From a virus: a stretch of DNA of 64,000 bases. Numbering within the stretch: the first letter of the stretch is position 1; each line of letters opens with the position of its first letter. Shown here in pieces: positions 20,808 to 31,279 of the stretch. Made by a program: the position numbers and the translations under genes. The notes beneath the pieces were generated by a model. It ran no database searches. It had not been told where the DNA came from and worked only from the letters and a program-made list of their open reading frames with translations. The stretch covers positions 32,001-96,000 of the IMG/VR virus record IMGVR_UViG_3300049460_000134; one strand, written 5' to 3'.

Positions 20808-21770
20808 ATGCTTTTCGAACGCCAGGTCGAGCGTCTGCCCGACCATTATCCGTGGACACAGGACTACATCGAAGCCATGCAGGATGGCTTCTGGACCGCA
20901 AAGAAGTTCACTTTCGACACCGACAAGACCGACTATGAGCTCAATCTCAATGAGGCTGAGCGCCAGATGGTCACGCGCTGCCTTGCAGCGATCGCCCAGA
21001 TCGAGGTCTCCGTGAAGGAGTTCTGGAAACGCCTCGGCGATCATCTTCCGCATCCTTCGATTAAGGATCTCGGGATCACGATGGCCTACATCGAGGTCAT
21101 CCATAACAACGCCTACGAAAAGCTCCTGAAGAAGCTCGGTCTGATCGACGTCTTCAAGGACAACATGAGTGTTCCGGCTGTTGCTGGGCGCGTCGGCTAT
21201 CTCAACAAGCACGGCGAGCGCGTCTACAGCGACAACCGCAAGCAATACATCTACAGCCTGATCCTTTTCACGATGTTCGTGGAAAACGTCAGCCTCTTCA
21301 GCCAGTTCTACGTGATCCTCTGGCTCAACCGCTTTCAGAACGTGCTCAAGGATGCTGCGCAGCAGGTGAAATACACGCGCAACGAGGAGCTTCTACACGC
21401 CCAGGCCGGCGCCAAGATCATCATGACGCTCCGCAAGGAATATCCGGAGCTGTTCGATCAGGAAATGGAACGCAAAATCAAGCACGAATGCCACGTCGCG
21501 TTCGGCGCTGAATGCGAACTCATCAACTGGATGATCGGCGATTTCCAGGGCGACAAGCTCAATGCCGAAGTGCTCAAGGGCTACGTTGCTCAGCGCTTCA
21601 ACGAAAGCCTCGAAATGGTCGGCTACGAGCCGGTCTTCCACGTCGACAAGTCCGTCCAGGAGGCGACCTTCTGGATGACCGAGGGGCTCTACGCTCCATC
21701 GAAGGTCGATTTCTTCCACTCTGAACCCACCGAATACGCGCAGGCCGACTCTGCGGACGACGAATTTTAA
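20808..21770 (+). CDS. nrdB: Ribonucleotide reductase class I beta subunit
   Basis: EVIH, VENVSLFSQF and NEELLH di-metal motifs; DFF near C-terminus. Confidence 0.92.
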   Translation: MLFERQVERLPDHYPWTQDYIEAMQDGFWTAKKFTFDTDKTDYELNLNEAERQMVTRCLAAIAQIEVSVKEFWKRLGDHLPHPSIKDLGITMAYIEVIHNNAYEKLLKKLGLIDVFKDNMSVPAVAGRVGYLNKHGERVYSDNRKQYIYSLILFTMFVENVSLFSQFYVILWLNRFQNVLKDAAQQVKYTRNEELLHAQAGAKIIMTLRKEYPELFDQEMERKIKHECHVAFGAECELINWMIGDFQGDKLNAEVLKGYVAQRFNESLEMVGYEPVFHVDKSVQEATFWMTEGLYAPSKVDFFHSEPTEYAQADSADDEF

Positions 21771-21784
21771 AAGGACTGAAGATT

Positions 21785-23467
21785 ATGCGACAAGATTATG
21801 CCTGGCTGAACCAGGTGGCTCTAACTACGCTCTCGCGCGGCTATCTGCGCGAGGGCATCGCGCCTGAGAACCTCAAGGAAGAGGCGATCGCGCGTGTCAA
21901 TGCCATCGTAGATCGTGCAGAAGAAATCCTCGGTTTTGAACTGCCGACGCTGCGCCTGGGCGTCAAGCGCGGTTGGGTCTCACCCGCCTCTCCGATCTGG
22001 TCGAACTTCGGCGCTGGGCGCGGTCTGCCGATTAGCTGCAACGGCAGCTTCATGGCCGACGACATGGACTCCATTCTCTTCAAGAATGCCGAGATTGGCA
22101 TGATGACGAAGGAAGGCGCTGGCACTTCTGTCTATATGGGCAAGCTGCGTCCGTTCGGCTCTGCTATCTCTGGCGGTGGACGCTCGGAAGGTCCGACGCA
22201 TTTCGCTCGGCTGCCGCAGGAACAGGTGACTGTCGTCTCGCAGGGCAACACGCGCCGCGGCAATGCAGCCGTCTACCTCGATATCGAGCATGAAGACGCC
22301 GAGCGCTGGCTGGATATGCGTTCGATCTCTGGTGGCGTGCACCATCCGATCCAGCATCTTTCGTTCGGCGTGGTCATCGGCGACGACTGGATGAACGCGA
22401 TGCTCGCCGAAGAAAAGGGCGGTCCTAAGCGCAAGCTGATGGCGAAGATTCGCAACAAGCGGCGCGAGACTGGCTTTCCCTACATTGTCTTCCGCGACAA
22501 CGCCAACAATGCTCGCCCGGAAGTGCTGAAGCGGCTTGGTCTGCTGATCTATGCCTCGAACCTGTGCACTGAGGTCATGCTGCCGTCCGGTCCCGACGAA
22601 AGCTTCGTCTGTGATCTGTCCTCGGTCAATGCGCTCTATTACCACGAGTGGAAGAGCACGCCGTTCGTCCGCGAAATGATCTACATGCTCGACGCGGTGA
22701 TGACGGAATACATCGAGAAGATCCGCGGTGTCCGGCTGCTCGCTGATGCGCTTCGCTTTGCAGAACGCTGGCGCGCTCTTGGTCTCGGTGTTCTCGGCTG
22801 GCATTCGCTGCTGCAATCGCAGATGATCGCCATCGAAAGCGATGAGGCTCGAGCGCTGAATATCGAAATCAGCGAGTATCTCGCCACCGAGTCACACGCC
22901 GCATCCCGCGACCTCGCCGAACGTCTTGGAGAGCCGGAAGGGCTGAAGGGCACTGGCTACCGCAACCTGACGGTTAATGCGATCGCGCCTACCACATCCT
23001 CGTCGATCATCTGCGGCCAAGTTTCGCAGCAACGCGAGCCTTGGACTGCAAATATCTTCGAGAACGACAATGCCAAGGGCGTTTTCACGCAGCGCAACGT
23101 GTTCCTTGAGGAGCTGCTCGAAAGCAAGGGGCGCAACGACCAGCAGACTTGGCTCTCGATCTTGCAGAATGCCGGCTCCGTGCAACATTTGGACTTCCTG
23201 ACGCAGCACGAGCGCAACGTCTTCAAGACCTTTGCCGAGATCGACCAGGCAGAGCTGATCCGTCAGACTGCGGACTGCCAGAAGTATATCGATCAGGGCA
23301 TCAGTCATAACATCATCCTGCCGCCCGAAGCGACGATGAAGGAAGATATCGATCTGATCGTGTTGGCGTGGAGAAGCGGTTTGAAATCGCTCTACTATCG
23401 CAAGGGCTTGAACAAGGCACAGGAACTGGCTCGCCAGAATGCTTCCTGCGTGGCGTGTGAGGCGTAA
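21785..23467 (+). CDS. nrdA: Ribonucleotide reductase class I alpha subunit (short, no apparent ATP cone)
   Basis: PISC, SNLCTE, AIAPTTSSS, KSLYY, C-terminal CVAC. Confidence 0.92.
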   Translation: MRQDYAWLNQVALTTLSRGYLREGIAPENLKEEAIARVNAIVDRAEEILGFELPTLRLGVKRGWVSPASPIWSNFGAGRGLPISCNGSFMADDMDSILFKNAEIGMMTKEGAGTSVYMGKLRPFGSAISGGGRSEGPTHFARLPQEQVTVVSQGNTRRGNAAVYLDIEHEDAERWLDMRSISGGVHHPIQHLSFGVVIGDDWMNAMLAEEKGGPKRKLMAKIRNKRRETGFPYIVFRDNANNARPEVLKRLGLLIYASNLCTEVMLPSGPDESFVCDLSSVNALYYHEWKSTPFVREMIYMLDAVMTEYIEKIRGVRLLADALRFAERWRALGLGVLGWHSLLQSQMIAIESDEARALNIEISEYLATESHAASRDLAERLGEPEGLKGTGYRNLTVNAIAPTTSSSIICGQVSQQREPWTANIFENDNAKGVFTQRNVFLEELLESKGRNDQQTWLSILQNAGSVQHLDFLTQHERNVFKTFAEIDQAELIRQTADCQKYIDQGISHNIILPPEATMKEDIDLIVLAWRSGLKSLYYRKGLNKAQELARQNASCVACEA

Positions 23468-23468
23468 G

Positions 23469-23711
23469 ATGAGTATTCACGTTCTCATCCGATCCAATCC
23501 ACCCTGTCCTTCCTGCCTCAAGACAAAAGCGCTCCTTGAGCGGCGCGGTCTGGCCTTCACGGCAGAAGATCACGAGACGCCGGAGAAGGTTGAGACCTTC
23601 GTCGCTGCCGGCCATCGCACCTTTCCGCGCGTCTTCATTGACGACAAGCTGATAGGTGGCTTCGAAGATCTCGAACGCCATCTTGCTTCGCTGGAAGATG
23701 ACGATTTCTGA
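23469..23711 (+). CDS. Glutaredoxin
   Basis: CPSC, TFPRVFI, IGGF. Confidence 0.88.
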   Translation: MSIHVLIRSNPPCPSCLKTKALLERRGLAFTAEDHETPEKVETFVAAGHRTFPRVFIDDKLIGGFEDLERHLASLEDDDF

Positions 23712-23920
23712 GAAATAGCGCTTGCGTCCCAATCGCGCATCGTTATAAATGCTCTTGTAAGTAAATACTGACTGACACGAAAGCGATGTGTCAGTCAGTT
23801 CCAGCGATCGAAGATCAACCGCTCTACGAGGTGTCGCCTTATGAACCGCTAAGTCGGGTTTATCAGTCAAAATTGATTAAGAAAAAGACGTCGCCAGGAG
23901 CCGTCAGAAAATAAACCTGG

Positions 23921-24028
23921 CTCTTATGTGAGTGGAGCGCGAAGGCTGAGCTAAAGGCCTGTTGTATTCGCGATGCAGCGAAACGAGAAAACCGGATTCT
24001 CGCGTAGCGGGCTCCGCTCACATAAGAG
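23921..24028 (+). ncRNA. Candidate structured RNA (18-bp closing stem enclosing three hairpins)
   Basis: ctcttatgtgagtggagc (23921-23938) pairs with gctccgctcacataagag (24011-24028). Confidence 0.5.
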
Positions 24029-24099
24029 ACCTGACGAGGACTGCGGTGAAGTCTCTCGCTTACAAGCGTGGCTAGGGTTCGAGTCCCTTAAGGGTCGCC
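24028..24099 (+). tRNA. Degenerate tRNA-like element (TAC, Val-like anticodon loop)
   Basis: T-arm GGGTTCGAGTCCC, cgcTTACAAgcg arm, partial acceptor stem gacct/gggtc; loop sizes imperfect and no CCA. Confidence 0.4.
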
Positions 24100-24126
24100 T
24101 GTTCAACACCTACTGAGGAGAAGCGC

Positions 24127-25086
24127 ATGTCTGCCACCATTCTTGCATTCAAGCCGCGTTCTAAGCCAGAGCCGGAGTCCGTAAAGCAGCCGGCGCCTAA
24201 CCAGCTCGAGATTTCAAAGTTTGAGTGCGATCACCTCGACCGCGTGATTGATCGCGCCGTCCATGTGCTTGACGTCATCCACTCTGGTCCGGCGCTCATC
24301 AAGCAGTTCCTCGCCGGCCAGCGCACGATCGCCTCCACCGTCAAGCACGGCGGCGTCGAATACGAGCTGCAGATCAGCCTCGTCGAAAAGCATTCCCCTC
24401 GCTTCGCATAATAGGAGATTCCATTGCGAAACTTTCTTTCTCGCCTTTTCCGCCGCAACCAGACGATCGTCACGAACGTCTCGGTCAATCACCAGGTCAA
24501 CGTGATCCGTGATGACGCCGACTATATCGACGCGCTCGAAAACCGGATCGCCGATCTCCTGGTCGCCAACACCGACTACGTGATGCGCCTTCAGGCTCGC
24601 GGCATTCGCGTCAAGGAGCTCGAGACGGAAAACGCCGAGCTGCGCGCACAGATCCCTGTTGCGGCATAACGCACATGGGGCTTTCGGCTAACGGGAAGCC
24701 TATAACGCCCTACCAAGGCTCGTGGGCATGGAAAATGGAGCAGCGCCGCAAGCTCGGCGCGCTTCGCGAGCAAGAAACCACCCTCTTCATCAATGGCAAC
24801 AATCGCGAGGCTGCAGAGCGTCGCGACGAAGCCGCAGATCTCGAAAGGAGCTTACATGGCGGACAGACGCCTAACGACTGAAGACAGGCATACGCCGAAG
24901 TTGAAGCAGATCGCCGGTCTCATCCAGGGACTGACCTTCCGCGAAATGCAGCATATCTCGGAATTGCTGAGGGATGAGCTGCAAGTGAGCGGCTCAATGC
25001 CTGTTACCGATGCGCTGCTAAAAGTTGCCGACAATCTTCTCGGCTTCGACACGCAGACCGGAATTCCCTTTCGTTCCGCTTCCTGA
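24127..25086 (+). CDS. Four small hypothetical ORFs
   Basis: ORFs 24127-24411, 24424-24669, 24675-24881 and about 24856-25086, most with SD sites. Confidence 0.45.
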
Positions 25087-25105
25087 AACAATAAGGACAC
25101 CTCCT

Positions 25106-26101
25106 TTGACCTTTCTCATCAATGACCCTGTGACGAAGATCACCGGCGACTACAGCTTCGACGGCACGGTCGTCGCAGCATTCGACAAGCAGGACGGCAA
25201 GCAACGCTACGTCGTCGAGGACGATCGCGGCGCGCTGCATATCTACAGCGAACAGAACCTCCGGCTGATCGGCAACATGGCTGATCACCAGTATCTGCGT
25301 GTCCTCAAGAAGCTGCTCGACAAGGGCGTCTATCGCGAAGGTCGCAACGGCGGCACTTATGGTCTCTTCGGCGAACAGATGCGCTTCGACCTCTCTCGCG
25401 GCTTCCCGCTGCTGACGACCAAGAAGGTTCACTTCCACTCCATCGTCGTTGAATTGCTCTGGTTCCTCCGCGGCGAGACGAACATCAAGTTTCTGAAGGA
25501 CCATAACGTCTCGATCTGGGATGAATGGGCTGACGAGAAGGGTGATCTTGGTCCGGTCTACGGCGCGCAGTGGCGCACCTGGCCGACGATCGAGCATCAG
25601 TGCGCCGATATCTACTATCCCGGCCACATCGACCAGATCCAGAAGGTGATCGACGGCCTCAAGCGCGATTCATACGGTCGCCGGCACATCGTCTCGGCAT
25701 GGAATCCGGCTGAGATCGATGAAATGGCGCTTCCGCCCTGTCACTGCCTCTTCCAGTTCTTCGTGTCTGACAACAAGCTGAGCTGCCAACTCTACCAGAG
25801 GAGCGCAGATTGGTTTTTGGGGGTCCCATTCAACGTTGCCTCATACGCGCTGCTGACCATGCTGATTGCGCGCGAAACCGGCCTTCAGCTTGGCGAATTC
25901 GTGCATAGCTTCGGCGATCTGCACCTCTACGCCAATCACATCGAGCAGGCCAAGGAGCAGCTCACTCGCGAGCCGCGCAAGTTGCCGAAGGTGCTCATCA
26001 ATCCGGACATCGACAAGCACATCTTCGACCTGGAAGTCGGTGACGTCGCTCTCGTCAACTACGATCCCCATCCAGCGATCAAAGCGCCGGTCTCAGCGTA
26101 A
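25106..26101 (+). CDS. thyA: Thymidylate synthase with N-terminal DfrB-like SH3 domain
   Basis: [30 protein letters not shown]; about 57 extra N-terminal residues in frame after AAGGA SD plus TTG. Confidence 0.93.
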   Translation: MTFLINDPVTKITGDYSFDGTVVAAFDKQDGKQRYVVEDDRGALHIYSEQNLRLIGNMADHQYLRVLKKLLDKGVYREGRNGGTYGLFGEQMRFDLSRGFPLLTTKKVHFHSIVVELLWFLRGETNIKFLKDHNVSIWDEWADEKGDLGPVYGAQWRTWPTIEHQCADIYYPGHIDQIQKVIDGLKRDSYGRRHIVSAWNPAEIDEMALPPCHCLFQFFVSDNKLSCQLYQRSADWFLGVPFNVASYALLTMLIARETGLQLGEFVHSFGDLHLYANHIEQAKEQLTREPRKLPKVLINPDIDKHIFDLEVGDVALVNYDPHPAIKAPVSA

Positions 26102-26185
26102 GATATCCACGCGCAACCCAACATTTCTTGCGCTATTGTGTCAGTAACAATTGACTGATAGCGCGAGCAAAGATAAGGACGATCC

Positions 26186-26389
26186 ATGTCAGAAAAGATC
26201 GACATTCACATCGACCACTACATCGCCCAGGAAGGCGGTGTTGGCTTCTACTATTCGGTGATGCCATCGACTGAGCTGTTTGGACCGTTCGAAACTGCAC
26301 AACTCGCCGCTGAAGGTGCTCTCGCAGCGCTTCAAGGGGCGATGGACGACATTGTAATGGCCGCACTCGGCATCGAAAAAGGAGAGTAA
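26186..26389 (+). CDS. Hypothetical protein
   Basis: SD plus ATG downstream of a promoter/operator. Confidence 0.5.
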   Translation: MSEKIDIHIDHYIAQEGGVGFYYSVMPSTELFGPFETAQLAAEGALAALQGAMDDIVMAALGIEKGE

Positions 26390-26391
26390 AC

Positions 26392-26859
26392 ATGGGCGGC
26401 ACGCTCATTGAACAGACCAAGGTTATCGTGAGCAAGGTTCACGAGAAGGCATTCATTCCGACATACGGATCTGACGAGGCGGCCGGCGCTGACCTTTACG
26501 CTGTTGTCGATGGTCCGGACGCTATCCCGGTTCCGGTCGGCGAGCGCGTGCTCGTCAAGACCGGCTTGTCGATCGAGCTCCTGCCTGGCTACGAAGCCCA
26601 GGTGCGTCCTCGTTCCGGTCTGGCACTGAAGCAGGGCATCACGGTCCTCAACACGCCTGGCACGATCGACAGCGACTATCGCGGCGAGGTTGGCGTCATC
26701 CTTTATAACGCTGGCAACCGGACGTATTTCGTCAACCACGGCGATCGCATCGCTCAGTTGGTGATTGCGCCTGTCGTGCGCGGTGTCTTCGTTGTCGGCG
26801 AACTCAGCGACAGTAACCGCGGCGAAGGTGGCTTTGGCTCGACTGGAGTTTCCGCCTAA
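26392..26859 (+). CDS. dut: Trimeric dUTPase
   Basis: AGADL, RPRSGLA, GTIDSDYRGE, RGEGGFGSTG. Confidence 0.96.
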   Translation: MGGTLIEQTKVIVSKVHEKAFIPTYGSDEAAGADLYAVVDGPDAIPVPVGERVLVKTGLSIELLPGYEAQVRPRSGLALKQGITVLNTPGTIDSDYRGEVGVILYNAGNRTYFVNHGDRIAQLVIAPVVRGVFVVGELSDSNRGEGGFGSTGVSA

Positions 26860-27479
26860 TGCTCTACGGCATCTGCGGTGCTCATCGCAGTGGAAAAACC
26901 ACACTTGCCAAGCGCGTCGCGGAAGAACTTGGTATCGAGTTCATCGATACCTCGTTCGGCTCCATCAGCAAGGGCAAACGCAATCCGGTCGCTCCCATGA
27001 CTCTCAGGGAGCGGCTCGACATTCAGGTTCACGGCCTGGAACGCCACCTGGAGCTCATCCTTCAGGCAAGCCGGCCGGCAATCGTCGATCGCACGCCGCT
27101 CGACATGTTCGGCTATCTCCTCGCAGAATTTCACATGACCTCCGATCGCCATGCTGATGCGGACGTCCTGGAAGGAGCTGCCTACCTCGCCGAGCAATAC
27201 CTCGAGGCTGTGAAGCTCAACTACGACATGGTCTTCTTCACGGAGATCCTGCCGGTCTACGAGGTCGATACCTCGAAGCCGACGCCGCCAAACAATCGTG
27301 CCTTCCAGCTTCACCTGGACGCGATCATCCGCGGCGGTCTGCATCGGCTCCATGACGAGATCAACCATGCCGTTGTGCCAGCGATACCGCTTGCGGAGCG
27401 CGTGGAACAGGTCTCGGAACTGATCGTGGAGCGGATGAACGAAATCGACGACCAGCGCAAAGCCGTCGGATTCCACTAA
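26859..27479 (+). CDS. P-loop nucleotide kinase-like (AAA_28 type) protein
   Basis: GAHRSGKTT, VDRTPLD. Confidence 0.7.
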   Translation: MLYGICGAHRSGKTTLAKRVAEELGIEFIDTSFGSISKGKRNPVAPMTLRERLDIQVHGLERHLELILQASRPAIVDRTPLDMFGYLLAEFHMTSDRHADADVLEGAAYLAEQYLEAVKLNYDMVFFTEILPVYEVDTSKPTPPNNRAFQLHLDAIIRGGLHRLHDEINHAVVPAIPLAERVEQVSELIVERMNEIDDQRKAVGFH

Positions 27480-27575
27480 GCCACACGAAAAAGCCACGCG
27501 CATCCCAACTGCGCGTGAGCTATTCAGTAATTATTGACTGACAACAAACAAGAACAGACACAAGGAGACAGAAGC

Positions 27576-29912
27576 ATGGAAGTTTCGCAGCTTGCGCAGC
27601 TCGACACACACGCCGTCATCGGCGGTGAAGATCCTGAAGCGTTCGGCATGGCTGATACTCCAGAATTCTATCAGATGCTCTCAGCCAGCATCTATCGCGA
27701 CAAGATCCGCGCAGTCGTGCGCGAGACGATCTGCAATGGCTGGGACGCGCATATCATGGGCGGCTGCACCGACAAGGCAGTGCAAGTTACACTCACGGAC
27801 GAGGAGCTTGTCATCAAGGACTTCGGTCCCGGCATTCCGCATGAGAAGATGCGGCCGATCTATTGCATCTACGGCGTTTCGACGAAGGTGAAGGATGAGA
27901 GCCAGACCGGCGGTTTCGGTCTCGGATCCAAGTCGCCATTCGCCGTCACCGATCACTTCTCCGTCGTCTCGTGCTTTGCAGGCACACGCTCTGTCTATGC
28001 CATCTCTCGCGGTGGCAAAGCTACAAGCGGCAAGCCTGACATGCGCCGCATGGTCGCCGTGCCGACAACCGAAAGCGGCGTCACTGTCACGGTCCCGATC
28101 AAAAAGGAAGAGCGCGAGAGCTTTGCCAAGCACATTCGCGCCGTTGCAAAGCAGGGCGGCATGCTGGTGACGCTGAACGGCGAACTTCTGGAGCGCTTCG
28201 ATTACGAGGAGGCGCGCAAGACTGAGTTCTGCGTCGTCGCGCCTCACTGGATGCACGAAAGCCGCATCTATACGCTCTACGGCACCGTCCTCTATCCGGT
28301 GATGACGACCGACCCTGATATCTCCAAGCTGACACGCGATATCGAAGGCCTGATCGGCTACGGCTCGACGCTGGTTATCGTTGCCCCGCCGAATTCAGTC
28401 GAAGTCACGCCGTCGCGCGAGTCCCTCTCTTTTACGGATGGAACCACCGACACCATCAAGCGGCTGCTCGACAAGGCATGCACGCGCATCAGCAAGGCAA
28501 TTCCGGCAGCTACTAAGCTCGCTGTCGATGCACGCGTTGCAAAGAACGGCCGCCTAGCGCTCGCGAGCAAGATCCACGCGATCAGAGAGGTGCCTGAGAA
28601 GGTTCTCTCCAGTGCGCTCGCGATCGCCGAGCACGCCGTCCGCTCGAATCCTGATAACCATATCCAGTATGATCGACAGCGGCGCCTATGCCTTCAGGCA
28701 GCGCAGCGACTGTTCAAAGATGATCGCCGCACCTTCCGCCGTGCGCTGAAGCGTGGTTACAACGCTGGCGAGGACAGCTTCAAGGCGTCGAGCAAGCCGC
28801 TCATCCGCATTGCCTCGAAGATGGGCATGCTGAAGGATGCGCACCTCTTCAACATCTACGCCTATCGCTACCAGACGATCGGCTCCAAGACCAATCCGCT
28901 GAAGGAGCACGACACCGGGGTCGTTAGGCCTGTCCTTTGCGTGGCGCGCAATCTGCGCGATCTGCGACCGACGATGAGCGGTGCAAGCAGCGGTTTTCCG
29001 CCGGACAAGGATAGCTTCATCGCCGGCCTGGTCATGCGCCAGTGGACTGCGGAGCGCCTGAAGCAGCTTCGCGCGCTCGCCGAGCACTACAAGCTGAAGC
29101 TGGTCATCTTCGATTACGAAGCAGCGAAGAAGCCGAAGAAAGCACCGGTCAAGCGCGAAAAGATCGTCGACAAGTATTTCGCCCTTGGTGATTTCAGGGG
29201 AACGACTTGCGAAACGGCAAACCTCGAAAATCCGAAATACTTCCTGATGAGCTTTGCGCGCGAAGGCATGCGTTCGCCCTTTCAGGATGAAGGCCATCAA
29301 TACCACCACCTTCTTGCGAAGCGCTATCCGGAGACGGCTGTCATTTCGTCCAAGACAGACGCTGAGAAGCTGATGAAGCGCGGCGCAGTCAATCTGACCG
29401 GTGTCATTGCCAAGCGCATTGCGGAGCTCGCTGGGGTCCGTGAGGTCCAATACGCTTACGCGATCCGCGAAGGCCTGATGTGCAACGGCAATTATCACCA
29501 CTACCCATCAGACCTGGCCATTTCGTTCGCCAAGCTCGACATGCGGATTGCAAAGCGCCTGTTCCCCGACAAGGCGACGCCTGGCGCTCTCGCTGAAGAA
29601 GGCTTGCTTCTGAACGACGTGATGAACTCGCTGCGGCTCGATTATCAGGACCGCAACTGCGGCGGCAATGAAGCCAAGCTCAAGATCTGGACGTCTGCGA
29701 GAGAGACCTACAAGGCCATGACCACGTCATATGCCGACCAGAAATTCAGTTACTTGAGCGTCCTGGCAGGCATCAGAGTTACCGGCGGCATCAAACGCAA
29801 GATCGATGATCTCCACGACATCATCGTCTTTTTGCAGGACCGCGAGAGTAAGTCAAAATTGACTGAATCCCTTTTGAACCCAATTGCTAACGCCCAGAAG
29901 GAGGCAGCATGA
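27576..29912 (+). CDS. rIIA: rIIA-like protein (GHKL ATPase N-terminus)
   Basis: RETICNGWDAH, DFGPGI, GGFGLGSKSPF, TPSRESL. Confidence 0.85.
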   Translation: MEVSQLAQLDTHAVIGGEDPEAFGMADTPEFYQMLSASIYRDKIRAVVRETICNGWDAHIMGGCTDKAVQVTLTDEELVIKDFGPGIPHEKMRPIYCIYGVSTKVKDESQTGGFGLGSKSPFAVTDHFSVVSCFAGTRSVYAISRGGKATSGKPDMRRMVAVPTTESGVTVTVPIKKEERESFAKHIRAVAKQGGMLVTLNGELLERFDYEEARKTEFCVVAPHWMHESRIYTLYGTVLYPVMTTDPDISKLTRDIEGLIGYGSTLVIVAPPNSVEVTPSRESLSFTDGTTDTIKRLLDKACTRISKAIPAATKLAVDARVAKNGRLALASKIHAIREVPEKVLSSALAIAEHAVRSNPDNHIQYDRQRRLCLQAAQRLFKDDRRTFRRALKRGYNAGEDSFKASSKPLIRIASKMGMLKDAHLFNIYAYRYQTIGSKTNPLKEHDTGVVRPVLCVARNLRDLRPTMSGASSGFPPDKDSFIAGLVMRQWTAERLKQLRALAEHYKLKLVIFDYEAAKKPKKAPVKREKIVDKYFALGDFRGTTCETANLENPKYFLMSFAREGMRSPFQDEGHQYHHLLAKRYPETAVISSKTDAEKLMKRGAVNLTGVIAKRIAELAGVREVQYAYAIREGLMCNGNYHHYPSDLAISFAKLDMRIAKRLFPDKATPGALAEEGLLLNDVMNSLRLDYQDRNCGGNEAKLKIWTSARETYKAMTTSYADQKFSYLSVLAGIRVTGGIKRKIDDLHDIIVFLQDRESKSKLTESLLNPIANAQKEAA

Positions 29913-31279
29913 CAAATAAGGTTCGCATTGCCGGTGCTATCGCATCGAACACCGGCGTAACGTTTTATCTCGACAATGGCGGCGAGCTTAACCTCGCCAA
30001 AGACCACCCGACGACGATCAAGGTCATGGACCTCGTAGTCGAGGCGCTGAAGCGCAATGAACAGGTTACGATCAACCTGGATGACTTCTCGGTCGAGAAG
30101 AAGCTGGAGAAGCAGACCAGGGGCGCGATCCGTCTCGTTCGCGGCGCTTTCTCGAAGATCAAGGCGATGCTCGGTGGTTCGACCGAAGACGCCGACGTCG
30201 AAAAGCTTGGACAGGTTCGACTTGCATCGCCGGCGAGTCCCGCCGCGCCTGTCAGCTCGCCGATGCCGATCGAGCCGGAAGAGCTGCACGCCATTGTCGA
30301 CGGCAAGATCATTCCAGGCGTAGAAGCGCTCTCGACGCACATCGAGCACGCCGTCGAGACCAACGACACCGAAGGCTTGCAGCGCTTCATGGAACGCATT
30401 GCAGCCGTCATCGACACGCGCTCACACTCTGTCAAGGAGCTGCTTAATTTCATGAGGCGCGGTGATCTGCCGATCGCGAAGGACGGCTCGATCGTCGCTT
30501 ACAAGGTGCTGCAGTCGAGAGCCACTGGCTTCGTCGATTGCCACTCGAAGAAGGTGACGCAGAAGCTCGGCTCTTTCGTGCAGATGGACGAAAAACTCGT
30601 CGATCCGAACCGTCGCAACGAATGCTCGACTGGCCTGCATATCGCGCGCCGTGCTTATCTCAGCGGCTTTGGTGGCGACATCATCACACTGGTCAAGGTC
30701 GCACCTGAAGACGTGATCGCGGTTCCGCCAGGTGAGCCGAACAAGATGCGCGCCAAAGGCTATCACATCTGCGCTGTGCTGCCGAAGGACGTTCACCAGA
30801 CCCTACGCAACAACCAGCCGATGACTGGCAATGAGAAGGCGGCAAAGCTGCTCGCTGACGTGATCGCCGGCAATCACACGCCCATCCTCGAGTTCGTCAA
30901 TATCGGCTCTGCAATGGGCGGCAATGTGACCGTCACGCCCGTCGAAGGCGCCAAGAAGATTGCTCGTGCTGCAGTCGGCACCTCTGGCACCGCAAAGGCG
31001 CTCGATGACAAGGCGCCTGAAGAGAAGGTCGAGCTGTCGCTCAAGGAAGTCCGGAAGAAGGTCGATGATGCTTACGTAGAGGCCAAGAAGGTCAAGAAGC
31101 CAAAGGCAGTGAAGACTACGAAGGCCAAGGCTCCTGCGAAATCGGCACCTGTCGCACGGCAGATCCCTGAGAAGTATCAGAAGGCGCTCGATCTGATTGC
31201 AGCCGGTCAGTCCCAGCGCGAGGTGGCGAAGCTCCTCAACGTCTGCCCCAAGACGATGCGCAAATACCTGAAGGGCTGA
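29909..31279 (+). CDS. rIIB: rIIB-like protein with C-terminal HTH
   Basis: DGSIVAYK, ECSTGLH, VKVAPEDVIAVP; follows rIIA. Confidence 0.85.
   Translation: MTNKVRIAGAIASNTGVTFYLDNGGELNLAKDHPTTIKVMDLVVEALKRNEQVTINLDDFSVEKKLEKQTRGAIRLVRGAFSKIKAMLGGSTEDADVEKLGQVRLASPASPAAPVSSPMPIEPEELHAIVDGKIIPGVEALSTHIEHAVETNDTEGLQRFMERIAAVIDTRSHSVKELLNFMRRGDLPIAKDGSIVAYKVLQSRATGFVDCHSKKVTQKLGSFVQMDEKLVDPNRRNECSTGLHIARRAYLSGFGGDIITLVKVAPEDVIAVPPGEPNKMRAKGYHICAVLPKDVHQTLRNNQPMTGNEKAAKLLADVIAGNHTPILEFVNIGSAMGGNVTVTPVEGAKKIARAAVGTSGTAKALDDKAPEEKVELSLKEVRKKVDDAYVEAKKVKKPKAVKTTKAKAPAKSAPVARQIPEKYQKALDLIAAGQSQREVAKLLNVCPKTMRKYLKG

Noticed and set aside
24031-24060. Hammerhead ribozyme (CTGACGA core)
   Set aside because: The required GAAA after stem II is missing; the sequence fits a tRNA-like fold better.
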